DNA from: Amphiscolops sp. MND2022
Lineage: Eukaryota
Direction: 5' to 3'
Assembly: GCA_964187785.1 (NCBI GenBank)
Contig: CAXLNC010001113.1
Coordinates: 62,001-126,000, forward strand
Length of the DNA stretch: 64,000 bases
Within the stretch, counting starts at the first letter, position 1; every line of letters starts with the position of its first letter. The notes below the pieces were generated by a model that was not told the origin of the DNA, ran no database searches, and saw only the letters and a program-made list of their open reading frames with translations. The translations under genes were made by a program, and so were the position numbers. This document shows positions 1 through 11,760 of the stretch, in pieces.

Positions 1-255
1 AGCGCTGTGGAGCGCCACGGTCACGGATTGACACCCTGAGTGTAGCAGTCAGAACATCAAATCATCACAAAAACCCATAACACAAAAAAACCTCTGGAAG
101 TGCCGGAAGGAGGATGCTGCCATGACAGAGGGACTGGGTCCTGGACCTGGCTTTAGGGTGGGCATGTGATGCCCGGAGTCTGCAAAAGGAAGATGCGCGC
201 ACATGAGAGCGCGACAGGGAGGGGGCCGAAGGGTGCGACACCATGTTTCAGGGGG

Positions 256-336
256 GTGTAGCGCGACACACCCGCGACACCTCTGAAACTGCGGAATTTC
301 AGTGCGACACGTGTAGCGCGACACCGTGTAGCGCGA
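256..336. repeat. Cluster of GTGTAGCGCGACAC motifs, probably subterminal repeats of a non-autonomous element
   Basis: The motif occurs at 256-269 and 311-324, partially at 326-336, with further GCGACAC copies nearby. Confidence 0.5.
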
Positions 337-678
337 TTGTGTTCTCAGCACGCGTGTGCCACTAAGTTGCCAGATGCATGCAGCATATTGTGGCACTTCA
401 TATACCATTAATTTTTTGTTTTGCTTGAAATGACTTTCGCCAAAGTAATTTCCATAATGGTTGAAGTGATTCATTACGTAAAAATAGATTTCTGGAGTTA
501 GTTTAAGTCATTCAAGGTCTGATTATTTCCCCCAATGGCGTTGCTTGTGTTGCGTGTTGGGACAGGCAAGTAATTGAGTTGTTTGGGGGCATTGATTTGA
601 GTAAAGACGGTCAAGATTACTCCAAGAATTGCGTGAAACTATTTTGGGCAAATTAATTACGTAGTAGTATAGGATCCA

Positions 679-723
679 AAGCACGACCTCGACAAGCACG
701 ATCTCAACAAGCACGATCTCAAC
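679..723. repeat. 15-bp tandem repeat, 3 copies (AAGCACGATCTCAAC)
   Basis: Units at 679-693, 694-708 and 709-723. Confidence 0.85.
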
Positions 724-1408
724 AAAATCATCTTTGTTTGTTCGGAGAACTTCGGTTTCAAAAGATGTCAACTTAAAATTCCAGGTGAATCATTTCCGAT
801 ATTTGTTATCGCAATTTCAAGATCAAATGTTTGTGAATTAAAGATAATTTCCGTGAGCTACATGCAACACATTCTGGCACTTCATATGTGTAGCCAAGCT
901 CTGCTCAGCAAGTTCTCTCTGCTCTTGACTCAGTACATCAATTGACCATCCTGCATGCAAATCCACGTGAAGCAGCAAGTGAGCCCGGCCTGTCACAGGA
1001 ACTGCAGCTGCATGGGATTCCCGAACAGCTGCCTGAGCAAGTCATTGGCAAGGAACATGTCGCTTCTCAGACAATGAAAAGAAAGAATAGAGACAGACAA
1101 GTACCAGACCATTTTTAGGCAATTAACAGAGACCATTAACAGAAACTTCCCTGCAATGGCAGATTTTGGTGGTAGCATGGTTCAAGTGAAGTCCCGAGGA
1201 CGGTCCGCACCCAGAACAACCTTGAAAACCCTTTAAGGAGGTTAGGCCGTTTTTCCTAGGCGATAATAGGATTTGGAGTTTTCCCTCTCTTTCTTCCCTT
1301 AGCGATTGCAGCATTTGGAGGTCCTGAATGCTATTCTAGCCTTGCGATCATAGCATTTGGAGCATCTGGGTTCATTGTCCCCAAATACTACTGAAAAATA
1401 GAATCTAA

Positions 1409-1610
1409 TTGAGCACAACTAACACTGCAAATGGTAACACCGCAAGTGAAAATTTAGTTGTTTTTTTTTGTGCTGGGAAATTCTGGCGCAGGGGGTGACC
1501 AAGAACATGGTCGGGAACTGTGTGCTGGTTTTTCATGGATTTTTGCCCGCGCTCAATTTTCACTTGCAGACTTGCAGTGTTACCATTTGCGGTGTTTTAG
1601 TTTTGCCCGA
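1409..1610. mobile_element. MITE with imperfect ~30-bp TIRs
   Basis: Left end TTGAGCACAACTAACACTGCAAATGGTA matches the reverse complement of the right end, TCGGGCAAAACTAAAACACCGCAAATGGTA. Flanks are TCTAA / TTTAA (5-bp TSD, 1 mismatch). Confidence 0.75.
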
Positions 1611-2721
1611 TTTAAGGAGTCTAGCCTCCTTACTCTTGCCGTAGCCTATTATCGGGTATTTCTAAACCCGTTGTTTGGGGAACCCGTGCTTTGCACCACG
1701 GATTCCTGTGGTTTTCGTTATTTCAGTGGTTCCCGCGATTTCCGCCTTTCCAGCACTTAACCCTCTTGTTTGTCGCTGTGTTAGAAATGTCCGATTTTCA
1801 TGGGCCGGAAATGACTCACAAAGCCAAAAGTTCACAAGAACACTTCCAAAGAGAACGTTCTTGGGCAAGAAAGATTGGGGAAGTGAAAGTATCTACCTCC
1901 ACCGTAGCGGCTCTCTTCTCGAAAATGGCCTTGACAGGCCAGAGACTAGATATGATCTTGCTTGATGTTCCAGCATTGCCATATCTACCGTAGGGATGGA
2001 TGGCGCTAAAGTTTCCCTCTCAAGATTTCTCTTCTTGCTCTTTGGGTGGTGGTGGTAGATATTTGGCAGTTCCCTGATAAAGGAGCGCAAACTTAAACGT
2101 GTCGAGGGGTTGGGGCCAAAAAGTTCGGTAGGTTCCTTGAAACTGAGGGAAACAAACTTTTGGTGGGATATCCTGGGATTTTGGCCGGCATATCCCGGAG
2201 GCGCCCAAAAAGCTTGAGAAAAAAAAATCAGTTTTCAACGCTTTGGGGAAGAAAACAAGATAAGCATAAAGGTTTTGGTGCGAATTTCCTGTGGACATTC
2301 CTGACCCCTACGCCCGGATGCCCAGGGGTCAAAAAGTTTCTCCCCGTCACCGGGGCCGCAGGAAAATGCATTTTTGGTACGAACGTCCACGATTTTTGGT
2401 GCGCACTTCCACAACCCGAAGGGTTCTCGAAAAACTTTGTACAGAAAAGTTTGCGTTGATTTTCTGGCCCCTACTCTTGTCCCCTAAATTCTGAAGAATC
2501 TGAGGGTTCCGCACACTGAAAAAGGGTTTTGATGCAAGTCGCACAAGAAAGTTCAGCCGCAAGTTTGCCAAAATATTTGTGTTGGTTTTCTCTTCGCACC
2601 CACCTCATCAACTCACTTCAAAATTTCAATCCCGGTTCGGAAAAACAAAGGGGTCTTTTTGAAAAGGGGTGTTCTCGGAAGGGGCCATTGAGTGTCTCTC
2701 GTTGGGCCCCTCTTCTGACTG

Positions 2722-2753
<32 letters not shown>

Positions 2754-2755
<2 letters not shown>

Positions 2756-2992
2756 GGCTCACACCTCAGTGGATGGGCAGATTAAGGTCAAAAATGGCGT
2801 TTTTTCCCCAATTTTATAGCAAAAATTGGCCAAAATGACCCCCCACCTAAAAGGTGGGGGTTTTTCATGTTTCAATGTTTCTTCTTCTTTCTTCTTATCT
2901 TTGCCTTTTTCTGCCTTAGTTTTTCTTCTCTCCCTCTGCTTCATAACTTTTTTAAGCCTAAACATAGCCCACCCAATGAGGTGTTAGGCATA
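2754..2992. mobile_element. MITE inserted in a (TA)n/(CA)n microsatellite
   Basis: Left ATGGCTCACACCTCAGTGGATGGGC versus right reverse complement ATGCCTAACACCTCATTGGGTGGGC. TA runs lie on both sides. Confidence 0.7.
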
Positions 2993-3119
2993 TATGGCTC
3001 TATATATATACATACATATACACATGTGGTGGATTCAAGAAGGCTTTACTGTAGAACCCCCGAAAAATGGTTCGGGGCCGAACTTTCAGCGAAATGATTC
3101 AGGGTTACCCAAAGGACCC

Positions 3120-3262
3120 TCCCGTACTGTTTTTAGTACGGAGTCCGTTTCCGTAGTGTTTTACTACTCCGTAGTGAATTTACTACGCATAGTGATTCAC
3201 TACTCAAAATATAGTAAATCAGTACTGAAAAGGTAGTGATTCACTACATTTTCAGTAGTCAG
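3120..3262. repeat. Degenerate short-period repeat (TAGTGATTCACTAC / TACTAC units)
   Basis: Repeated, partly palindromic GTAGTG...ACTAC units. Confidence 0.55.
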
Positions 3263-3510
3263 TATAACCCGGTGGAGCGTGATAGTGTCCATGAGTTCAT
3301 AGACTCACATAGAGCTTCAAGGGCAAAAGTGGAGCGGTGCTTGGTGCAGAGGCCTTATTCGGGCTTAATAGAGCTTAGTTCTGATGGAATTTTATGCTTG
3401 ATATAGAGAGAGCTTATTGGAGCTTAGTTTGGGGTTCGTAAGTCACGCCAAAGGGGCCCGACGGGAGACACCTAAGGGCTATTTCAATTTTAGACATGTT
3501 GGGGATACTG

Positions 3511-3744
3511 TCAGGCTGCGCTTAAGGGGACGAACCTAAGGGGACAAACCAAGCCGAAACGCAGTTTTTCGCAGATTTTCGCTGATTTTTGCAGATTCTC
3601 GCGCCTTTTCCTAGAAAACGAAGCATTTGGGAAACGCAGATTTTCGCAGAAAACCGCTGATTTTCGCAGGAAACCGCAGGAACCCGCAGAAAACCGCAGA
3701 TTGGCGTTTGTCCCCTTAGGTTCGTCCCCTTAAGCGCGGCCCTA
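3511..3744. mobile_element. MITE with ~38-bp TIRs
   Basis: GCGCTTAAGGGGACGAACCTAAGGGGACAAAC is present at both ends in inverted orientation, with internal CGCAGATTTTC repeats. Flanks are TACTG / TACGG. Confidence 0.85.
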
Positions 3745-4784
3745 TACGGAGCCCCCTAGTGCGTGGAAATGCCTGGAGAATCTGGCCATTGTCTTGAGAT
3801 TCTGGAGATTTTGGAGATTGAAGAGATCCTGTCAAGGAAGGCATAGTCGCGAAGTGACCCTTAATCTATTTCTTTCTGATTCAAATGTTTCCCTAAGCTC
3901 TCTTGGGGCTTCTATGCCATCTATGGCTAGGAGTTTAGTGTCCGTCATCTCTCTGTGCAGACCCCCTGCTTCAGGGCGCCGGGGTGGGCGGGCAGCCATG
4001 GTGTCGAAGTCTGGTGCCTTGCAATGACCTTGCCCAGAAACTATGGGTGGATAATCCTGAAATTCGCATCACAAGAGGGCATTTCTAGAAGAAGCAATGT
4101 CTCCCAGAGAGCTCCACACCAAACCCACCCGCTGGCAGGGTGAGCGAACTAGTTGAGACTTGTTTACTTGGCAAGTTTTTGCTACTTCTTGAGGTTAGTC
4201 GTCAAGTGCTCGAAGAACCCCCTTTTGAATAGCTATGTGATATGTTGAGGTTGTACGGGGTGCTCCTTTGAATTAGGCTCCAGCAGGTGTTATCAAAATC
4301 TGGTGATGCTGCTCAAAAGAGGAACCAGTGCCCATTGTGAGCAACAGCAGTTGTGTGTTGGTGAGAATCAAAGCTTTGGTCAATGTTGATCAAATATGGC
4401 CAGTTCACGACGTTGCTTTAAATTTGGCATTCCTGTTTATGGGCTCAAGGCACCCCCAAAACCGTCATGGAGTGCTGCAAGCTTCGACGTAAGCCTCCGG
4501 TTCCAATTTTGGGCTTAGCGGCGCCTAATGCAGAGCAACAGCCCCTGTATTTAGCCTTGCAAGGTTGCTTCCTAAGATTTTCCTTAAAGATGCTTAGGGA
4601 ACAGAGCTCGAACAAACCCACCCGAAGTTTCACCAACCCACCCCAACACCCCGCGCGAGAAAGTTGTAGCGTGCCCCAGGAAAAGAGATAGGGAGGGGGA
4701 CAGGGAGGGAGGTGTGGATATAGATTCGGGTGGATCAGTTCAAATGCTGTTGGGGATGGGAGGGCGACAGATTCAGGTGGATTG

Positions 4785-5016
4785 TCAGGGTTGTGAAAAC
4801 AGTGTTTTTGGAAAACGGGGCTCTCACAACCCTGCCGGAAACAGATGGTTTTGACGAAAAATGGCGAAATGACCACTTTACATTCTACCCACAAAAAACA
4901 ACTTAGAAGGTGCTTTGCTCCTCAGACCCTGGAAGCAGACGAAAATGACGAAAATGGTGGGTGTGTCACTCATGCAAAACCACCGTTTGCAAAAAACAAT
5001 GTTTTTGCCACCCTGA
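4785..5016. mobile_element. MITE with ~25-bp TIRs and a perfect 5-bp TSD
   Basis: TCAGGGTTGTGAAAACAGTGTTTTT versus reverse complement TCAGGGTGGCAAAAACATTGTTTTT. GATTG flanks both sides (4780-4784, 5017-5021). Confidence 0.85.
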
Positions 5017-5937
5017 GATTGGGAGCTCTCTGCCTCTGAGAAGTTGCGTGAACTTTCTGTTTCTAGAAGCTGTGGGACCTCTGACATTCTTTGGTGACCA
5101 CCTCGTGCGCATACTTTCAGAAGTTTCTTCCTTTTTCCTCGAGATTGCTCTGTTCAGACTAGTAGGGGCAACGAAGCAACCTTCAAGGGTTACTGGGATG
5201 TTGGGAAGGGCTCAGAGGGGTCACGAGAGGAAAAAGGAATTTCCTCCAAAGAGTTGCACAAGAATTTGTCAGTTAGAGCTTTGGTTCGGGTGATTGTGAG
5301 CGCTTGTCAGGCGATGCAGGATAACTCTTGGCCATTTCAGGCTCTTTGGGGGCCTTTTGGACCCTGAGCTTTGTGAGCAAAACTTGTCTAAGAAAACGTT
5401 TAGCTTCCTCAGCAAGAGTCAGGCTGGGGCTTGCACACCTAAAGCCCTCAGTGTTACTAGCGCTTCTCATGACCAGCTCTGGTTGGCACTTCTGGAAAAA
5501 GATAGTGCTGAGGTAGGTTGTGGAACTGCTCTGGAAAGCAAATGTCCAGTGCTTTCCTTCCAGCTGCGCCGAAGCCAGAAATTGCAGAATTGGCTCCGTG
5601 AGCGTCTCCCGAGGTTTTCCGGCAATTGCCGTTTGATTGTCTACATTGTTTGCAGATTGATAGCCAGAGACATGGCAAGGCGATGCCACAGGCAATCCAC
5701 ATGCGGACTGGATTGGTATCTGTCTTTTTAATGTGGGCACATGGCAAGGCTACCCCATGGAAAGGAGCACAGAGGAACTTCTAAGAAGCTTTGCACCCTC
5801 TTAGAAGCTCATCTTTGCCTCCTTTTCTCCTGCGTTTTCAGGGCAGGAAAACTTCTAAGAAGTTCCCCCCCCCATGTGACCCATCCCTTGCGTAGCCTGA
5901 CCATGTGATTGCCTTAGTCTTGTTGCTCGACGATCAG

Positions 5938-6120
5938 GAAGGTGTTGTCGTCGGTGCTGAGGGGATTGACAAGTCGGGCCAAGGAGTACTCAGGATCTCC
6001 TTGGGGCTCTACAACAGCGCAGGCACCACTGGATTGGAGAGTGACAGCGATGCTGCATTGGCATCCTTCAGGGCTCCTGTGGATGCATTGGAAATGGCAG
6101 GCTTCAGCTATCGGGCCCAG
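5938..6120 (+). CDS. Possible internal exon of a host gene (product unknown)
   Basis: Open frame EGVVVGAEGIDKSGQGVLRISLG...FSYRAQ after a CAG|G acceptor. Donor is uncertain (GC after 6100 or GA after 6120). Confidence 0.35.
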
Positions 6121-6435
6121 GATACGGTGGTGTTGCTAATGAATAAACGATGTGCATTCATTTGAAGAGCAGAGTCTGATCAAGACAATACCAAGATATA
6201 AGATTGTTGCCCCCTCAATTCCTGTCTCATCAACACAAAGCCCAAACCACAAGAAATTATCTACCATTAACACATTGTGATTCTTCAGAACGCTCTCAAC
6301 TTGAGAGGGAAAACCGAGCCCAAATGTGGATGTTCGATAATTGTTGCTGATCTCCTGTTCCTGGAAAGCAGAGCATGTGTAGGCCGCAAATTTTCGTAGC
6401 ATGGAAACTCTCAAGAACTTGCAGAACAGCGGATG

Positions 6436-6478
6436 GGCGTTTGTCCCCTTAGGACAGTGTCCCCAAAGCGCAGCCCTA
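6436..6478. repeat. Solo, degenerate right TIR of the MITE family at 3511-3744
   Basis: GGCGTTTGTCCCCTTAGG...GCGCAGCCCTA resembles 3703-3744. Confidence 0.6.
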
Positions 6479-6831
6479 TTTAATTCCTCAGGAATGCACT
6501 CGTGTAGTCTTTATCTTGGGCGTCTCGCCTCCTATCCTTGTGCCTTTTTCCATGTACTAATGTCTCATATCTGACGCTTCGACAGCGCACCAACCGAAGG
6601 ATGGCTCTGCGAGACGAAACTGCAGCAAAGCATATTGCAGGCAATGTTTGTAATCGCTTTTCTTGGGCTACCATCCTCATGTGGACTTGTTGGTCAGCAT
6701 GCGATGCGCTCCGACATTGGTAGGGGGGTGGACTTGGGAGTTCTCTTGCTTTGCTCTTGTTGAGGTTGTGGGTGAGCTCTGCGTTGGTGCCTTGGCCTTT
6801 CCTCCACACGTAGCTGACCCGCGGTTGTCAG

Positions 6832-7322
6832 AAATGAGGTGTGGTTGGAAGCCTTTCCAAACATCATACTGTGGCAAAGTAGGCAAAGTCATTGCGATCA
6901 ATGAGTATGCAGTCAAGCTCTACAGCTGTGGCAGGGAGCTCTGGTGGGACATCCAGATGTTCGACTCATGCCTGGAGCGCTATTGCCACAAGGGATGCAG
7001 CTTGCAGCGCTTGGTGATAGCCTTGCCAACACTTACAATTTGCGATGTGTGCCAGGCGAGATTGCCGGCAGGCGCTCAAACGATGCGCTGCCAAGAGCAT
7101 GACTACGACATATGTACCTATTGCTTGGGACAGCTGCATTTACCCGCAGTCGGTGATAGGATCATCCGGGGTCCAACATGGTCAGTGGAGTTGCCTTTGC
7201 AGGACCACGAAGATTACTACGAAGAGGGGCTTGTCGAGACAGACTTGCTGGATGGCATGGGCTTAGACAGGGCGAATGATGACATTGAGATGCCTCGGCG
7301 CAGCTACCACTCTTACTTTCAG
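6832..7322 (+). CDS. Host-gene exon encoding a ZZ-type zinc finger followed by a MIB/HERC2-like motif
   Basis: CDVC-x13-CQEHDYDICTYC matches the ZZ consensus. VGDRIIRGPTW resembles the MIB/HERC2 motif GxRVVRGPDW. The exon ends at AG|GCAAGT (GC donor). The 5' boundary is approximate. Confidence 0.6.
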
Positions 7323-8149
7323 GCAAGTTGTAGACGTATTCCCACATACTCTCTGACCAAAAACGGCCCTTACCACAAAAGACAACCAAAAATAAGCATT
7401 TCAGCAAAATGTTGATTCTTCAAAAACATCCCTTTTGTCCCAGAGACTGAGATGGCGCAGGATCTATCCAGAATTACGAATAATAATTCTCCGGGAATGA
7501 TTTTTGTAATAGTTGTGAAGGAATGTATTCAAAATCCACGCAATATGCCATTGCCATGCTCATCTTGTAGAATGTGAGGGTTTTTCTCTCCTAGCGTTGC
7601 TGCAGAACACGCTCAGAAACCTGGGGATGTGTCAGGTCAGAAGAACATTTATCATGCCAAGAATCTCCCATCATGCCCCTCACAACAAAAAGTGGATTTA
7701 AAAGCCAGAGCAATGCAAATTGGCGATGCAGGTGATATCAAACGGATTCTGCTATCGCTCTTCTGTCCATGTATCTTGGAAACGAAGCAACAGGCCTTGA
7801 ACCTGAAAACGCCAGGTCTACCGAGAGCAAAGGTAACCGATTTGCATTGGGCCCCTCACTTGAATTCCTAAGGATGCTGATACGATCTACTTAGGACAGA
7901 TGCCTTGTGAATCTTGACTCGAAGCAGACATCAGTGAAAAATGCAGTTGGAGGCATTGAGCGAATGAAAGGACTTTGGCAAGGAATTCTACAGGAAAGTG
8001 GGCAATTCTCTGAAGAGTTCGTGGCCATTCAGCTAATGCTGGACACTATGCCCTTTTTTGAGCTCATCCCCTACCTAAATCTCAGCATGTACCAAAAAAG
8101 GGGATTGCAAAAATCAGAGCAATGCGAATCGGTGAGTGGCCCATATCTT

Positions 8150-9030
8150 ATTCAAACTCAGTGCTTACAAAACAGCCTTTTCTATGAGTTTATTTTCTGG
8201 TGTTTTTTGCATTTATTTAAGCTAATATTTTGTGAAGGAGCCTTGCATTTATTTAAGCTCTGATTTTTGACTTTATTTAAGCTCTGAAATTGTATTTGTT
8301 TAAGCGCAGATTTTCCATTTATTTAAGCTCTAGGCTTTGAGTTTATGTAAGCTCCAAATCTGTATTTACTTAAGCTCCACATTTGTATTTATTTAAGCTC
8401 GGATTTTGCATTTACTTAAGGTCTGGGTTTTGAATTTATTTAAGCTCCAAATTTGTATTTATTTAAGCTCCACATTTGTATTTATTTAAGCTCGGATTTT
8501 GCATTTATTCAAGGTCTGGGTTTTGAATTTACTTAAGCTCCAATTTTGTATTTTTTTAAGCTCTTCATTTGGTTGTTTAAGCCCTTAAACTCAAAATAGG
8601 TGGCTTAAGTGACAAATTAAGGGCTTAAACAACAAAACGAGGAGCTTAAACAAATACAAAATTTGAGCTTAAATAAATTCAAAACTAGGAGCTTAAATAA
8701 ATGCAAAATCCGAGCTTAAATAAATTCAATTCTGGAGCTTAAATAAACTCAAAACCAGGAGCTTAAATAAATGCAAAAATTGGAGCTTAAATAAATGCAA
8801 AATTGGAGCCTAAAAAAATCCAAATTGGGAGCTTAAATAAACTCAAAGCCAGGAGCTTAAATAAATGCAAAAGTTGAGCCTAAATAAATACCAACTTGGA
8901 GCTTAAATAAACTCAAAATTGGAGCTTAAGTAAATTCAAAACCAGGACCTTAAATAAATGCAAAATCTGAGCTTAAATAAATACGAAAAACGGAAAAAAT
9001 TAATCCATAGAGTGTAAGCACTGAATCTGA
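8150..9030. mobile_element. Foldback-like element with two inverted arrays of ~21-bp AT-rich units
   Basis: ATTTATTTAAGCTC units at ~8210-8575 and their reverse complement GAGCTTAAATAAAT at ~8640-8985. An outer inverted TCAGTGCTTACA lies at 8158-8169 and 9013-9024. Confidence 0.8.
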
Positions 9031-9429
9031 AAAACCCATATCGCTCGATGCAGGCAGCAATGCCATGGGGTGCGCAAACGCATTGCTTGTGATGTCACAT
9101 CCCGTTGTGCGCACCTATCTCGCGCACGTTAGTTATTTCATTATGTCTTGCAAATGGCGAGCATTGGACAGGCCACACATGTCAAGGCTATGATAAACTA
9201 GCCCACAAATCCAAAAAAAAGGTTATCGGCTAATCGCTGGCTAGTTTCTGGCAATTTAATCAGGGGGTCCAAATGAACGTTTTGCCTCTTACAACGTTAT
9301 GTCTTGCAAATCAGCTTTACTTTTCCTCTCCTGGGGTACCGTCGTGCACAAAAAGATTACGATTACATTACACTTCTCAAGAGAAGTAATTTTGACATGT
9401 GCATCGGATCCCATGGTACAAAAGCATCA

Positions 9430-9887
9430 TGTGTTGGGTCTTGCATGACTGATGGTGAAGAATTTGTCCGTGGAATCGCAATCGTATCTACGCTGTCATT
9501 CAACCCTCTTTCGCTGGCAGCCCGGTCTCTTGCTGAAGGAACTAACTCAAATGATGAGCTTCCAACTGCTTCGCCGGCTGGTATATACGGATGTGCTCGA
9601 TCAGGTTGGCTTGCTGGGGATCTTGCAGGAGCTAGGGACCCTTCCGGGATTGGTACTTCCGCTGGGTCTGTGGCTAGCGTTCTGAAGCGGGGAGGTTCTG
9701 GAACCCGAGATCGTCCTCTTTCCTTCCTCTCTATTTCTGCTAGGGAAGTCTTGCAACGCAATCTCCTTTTAACTCTAGGGCTATGCGAACTGCCCTCTGT
9801 ATCGGTTGGCCTACGGCCGTGCACATGGCTGACCATAAGATCTTCTCCCAACGGAAGTGACAGGCCTCCCGTCCTCGGATCTACCAT
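9430..9887 (-). CDS. LTR-encoded ORF (152 codons + 2 nt), predicted Gag N-terminal extension
   Basis: MVDPRTGGLSLPLGEDL...SLAEIERKERGR...NSSPSVMQDPT. Protein similarity to B and C stops exactly at the LTR edge. Confidence 0.65.
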
Positions 9888-10267
9888 GCCTCTCGGGCGG
9901 TGAATCCAGAAGACTAAACGATCTGCCCTTCCGGCTTAGGTTATCTAGGTCAGGTGAAATGGATTACCACTGTCTCGCTGTAGTGAATGTGACAATTATC
10001 AAATGCTGATCACTCACTAGTTATTCAAGGCTCACGCTCTTCCAGGCTCCAGAAGGGAGAATAACCTTCAATGCCTCTCGGGCGAAGGTTACCTTTCCCT
10101 ATCCGAACGAACCTGTTCTTCAGCCTAAATGGCTTAGAGCGGAGAAGCAGTAACAACATGCAACATTCATGCCAAAGACAGAACCTCTCCTGAACTTTGC
10201 CTGATGACTACAACTCAACATGTTGCCCGAACCCCAATGGGCTTGCAAAGAGAGATGCACATTGACA
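9430..10267 (-). repeat. 3' LTR of copy A (838 bp, TG...CA)
   Basis: Minus strand begins TGTCAATG directly after the PPT and ends GACCCAACACA. Aligns with the LTRs of B and C. Confidence 0.85.
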
Positions 10268-10280
10268 CTCCCCCTCGCGG
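10268..10280 (-). promoter_or_regulatory. Polypurine tract (CCGCGAGGGGGAG) of copy A
   Basis: Directly precedes the TG of the LTR; identical in B and C. The GAGGGGGAG core is typical of copia PPTs. Confidence 0.9.
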
Positions 10281-10408
10281 CAACATGGAGCGAGTCATCC
10301 CTTCTGTGAAACAAAAGAAGCAGAGGACCTACAAGCCATCACAGCAACCGTTGCTGTTCCTCACAATGGGGCAGATCATGCCTCAACCCTTCTGCGAGAG
10401 ATGACGTC

Positions 10409-11760
10409 TCACCTTCTCCGGGTAGAGCCAGGGCGACTTCGGACATCAGGATCCTCACTACGGTCCTCTGATGTCCTTCCAGCTTGCCTGGCTGCTGCTG
10501 CCGCAATTGCTGGTTGATGAGTCGTCACTAATCCCAGCGTACGCTTCAGCAAATTGTTCTCCTTCTGCATCAACCTCCTGTCCTCTTCTGCCTGCTCCTT
10601 CATGACCATGGCCTGACGACCAACCTGGAGCATCAGAGATTCCATCTTGGAGGCATGCGATCTCGCGGACACGCTCTGCGCTTTGTACCCCTGGACCAAG
10701 CCAGCTGCTTCAGTGAGCAATTCCTGCGTGTCACTCTCTGGAATCACGCCCTGCAATTTCTGAAAGAGAGCTGGATCAAAGCCTTCGTCATCTTCATCCT
10801 CTTGTTCATCCCGTGGAACTTCACTACGAGGCGGTGAGCGACGACCCTTCCGGCGTGTCCTAGCTGCCTTCTTTGCAAGTCGTGTCTTTGAGCTCTTGCG
10901 ACGTCTTTTCCCTGCCTCCTCTGAGTTCGAGATTCTGGACACCTGGGAAGGGGCATAGGGATCATCATCTACCCCTGAAACGGTGACCGCTGATGGAGTT
11001 CCCTTTGAGCGAGCATCGTCGCCGTACATACCCTCATCAGATCGGGGGTCATCGCTTCCTCTTGCCCCCTTCCGGGATGTCCCTGCAACACTGCTCGCCC
11101 GCTGCAACTCGGCGGCCAATGTCACATCATCATCTTCGCTTGAGTCAACTCGATGTGGGGCTTTCTCACCAGCATCCGACTGCTGTGCCTCCTCCGCCGA
11201 CTTCAAGACGATCCCAGACCTTGGCGTATGAGGTCGCTTTTCGCTCTCTTCTGGGGCAGCCCCTTCTGCCCTTCCGGCATCTGAAGCCTTCTGCTCTTGA
11301 GATACCTGTGAAACTGCTGAAGCAGGTTTCAATTCCACCGGCTTCGTTTTCTCCTTCTCGCCGGCAATGCCTCCCTTCTTCGCCTTCGGCTCCTCAGTCT
11401 CGGTGTCACTACGCTGTTTAAGGTGCACTCCCTTGTCAGATTCCTCGGCGGCCTTGTCCTTTTCCGGCTTCTCAGAGTCCTTGGCCTTCTCGGCTCAGGA
11501 GCCACTTCCCACCTTGATGTCTGTTCATCGTAGACCATCGCCTTCTCTCTGCCTGTCGGCTTCGAGTAGGCCTGAGAGTCTTTGGCGAGGTTCCAATGCT
11601 TGTCGCGAAGGCCCTTCCGGACAAATGACCATCTCGGCAACTCCTGGTCCACTGTAGCGTACCTCAGAATGCCAAGATGCGCCTCACGAATCTGACGAAC
11701 ATACTCGGGCATGATCGCTGGATCTGACAGACCCTTGTGTGAGTAAGTAATCCCATGAAT
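10409..11760 (-). pseudogene. C-terminal part of ORF2 in copy A (frameshifted)
   Basis: ORFs 11329..11712 and 10409..11428 match the B and C ORF2 C-terminus (MPEYVRQIRE, GKRRRKSSKTRLAKK, coiled coil ENNLLKRTL). Confidence 0.85.

Noticed and set aside
8210-8985. Regularly spaced short repeats resembling a CRISPR array
   Set aside because: There are no unique spacers, the two halves are inverted, the context is eukaryotic and no cas genes are present. It is a foldback repeat.
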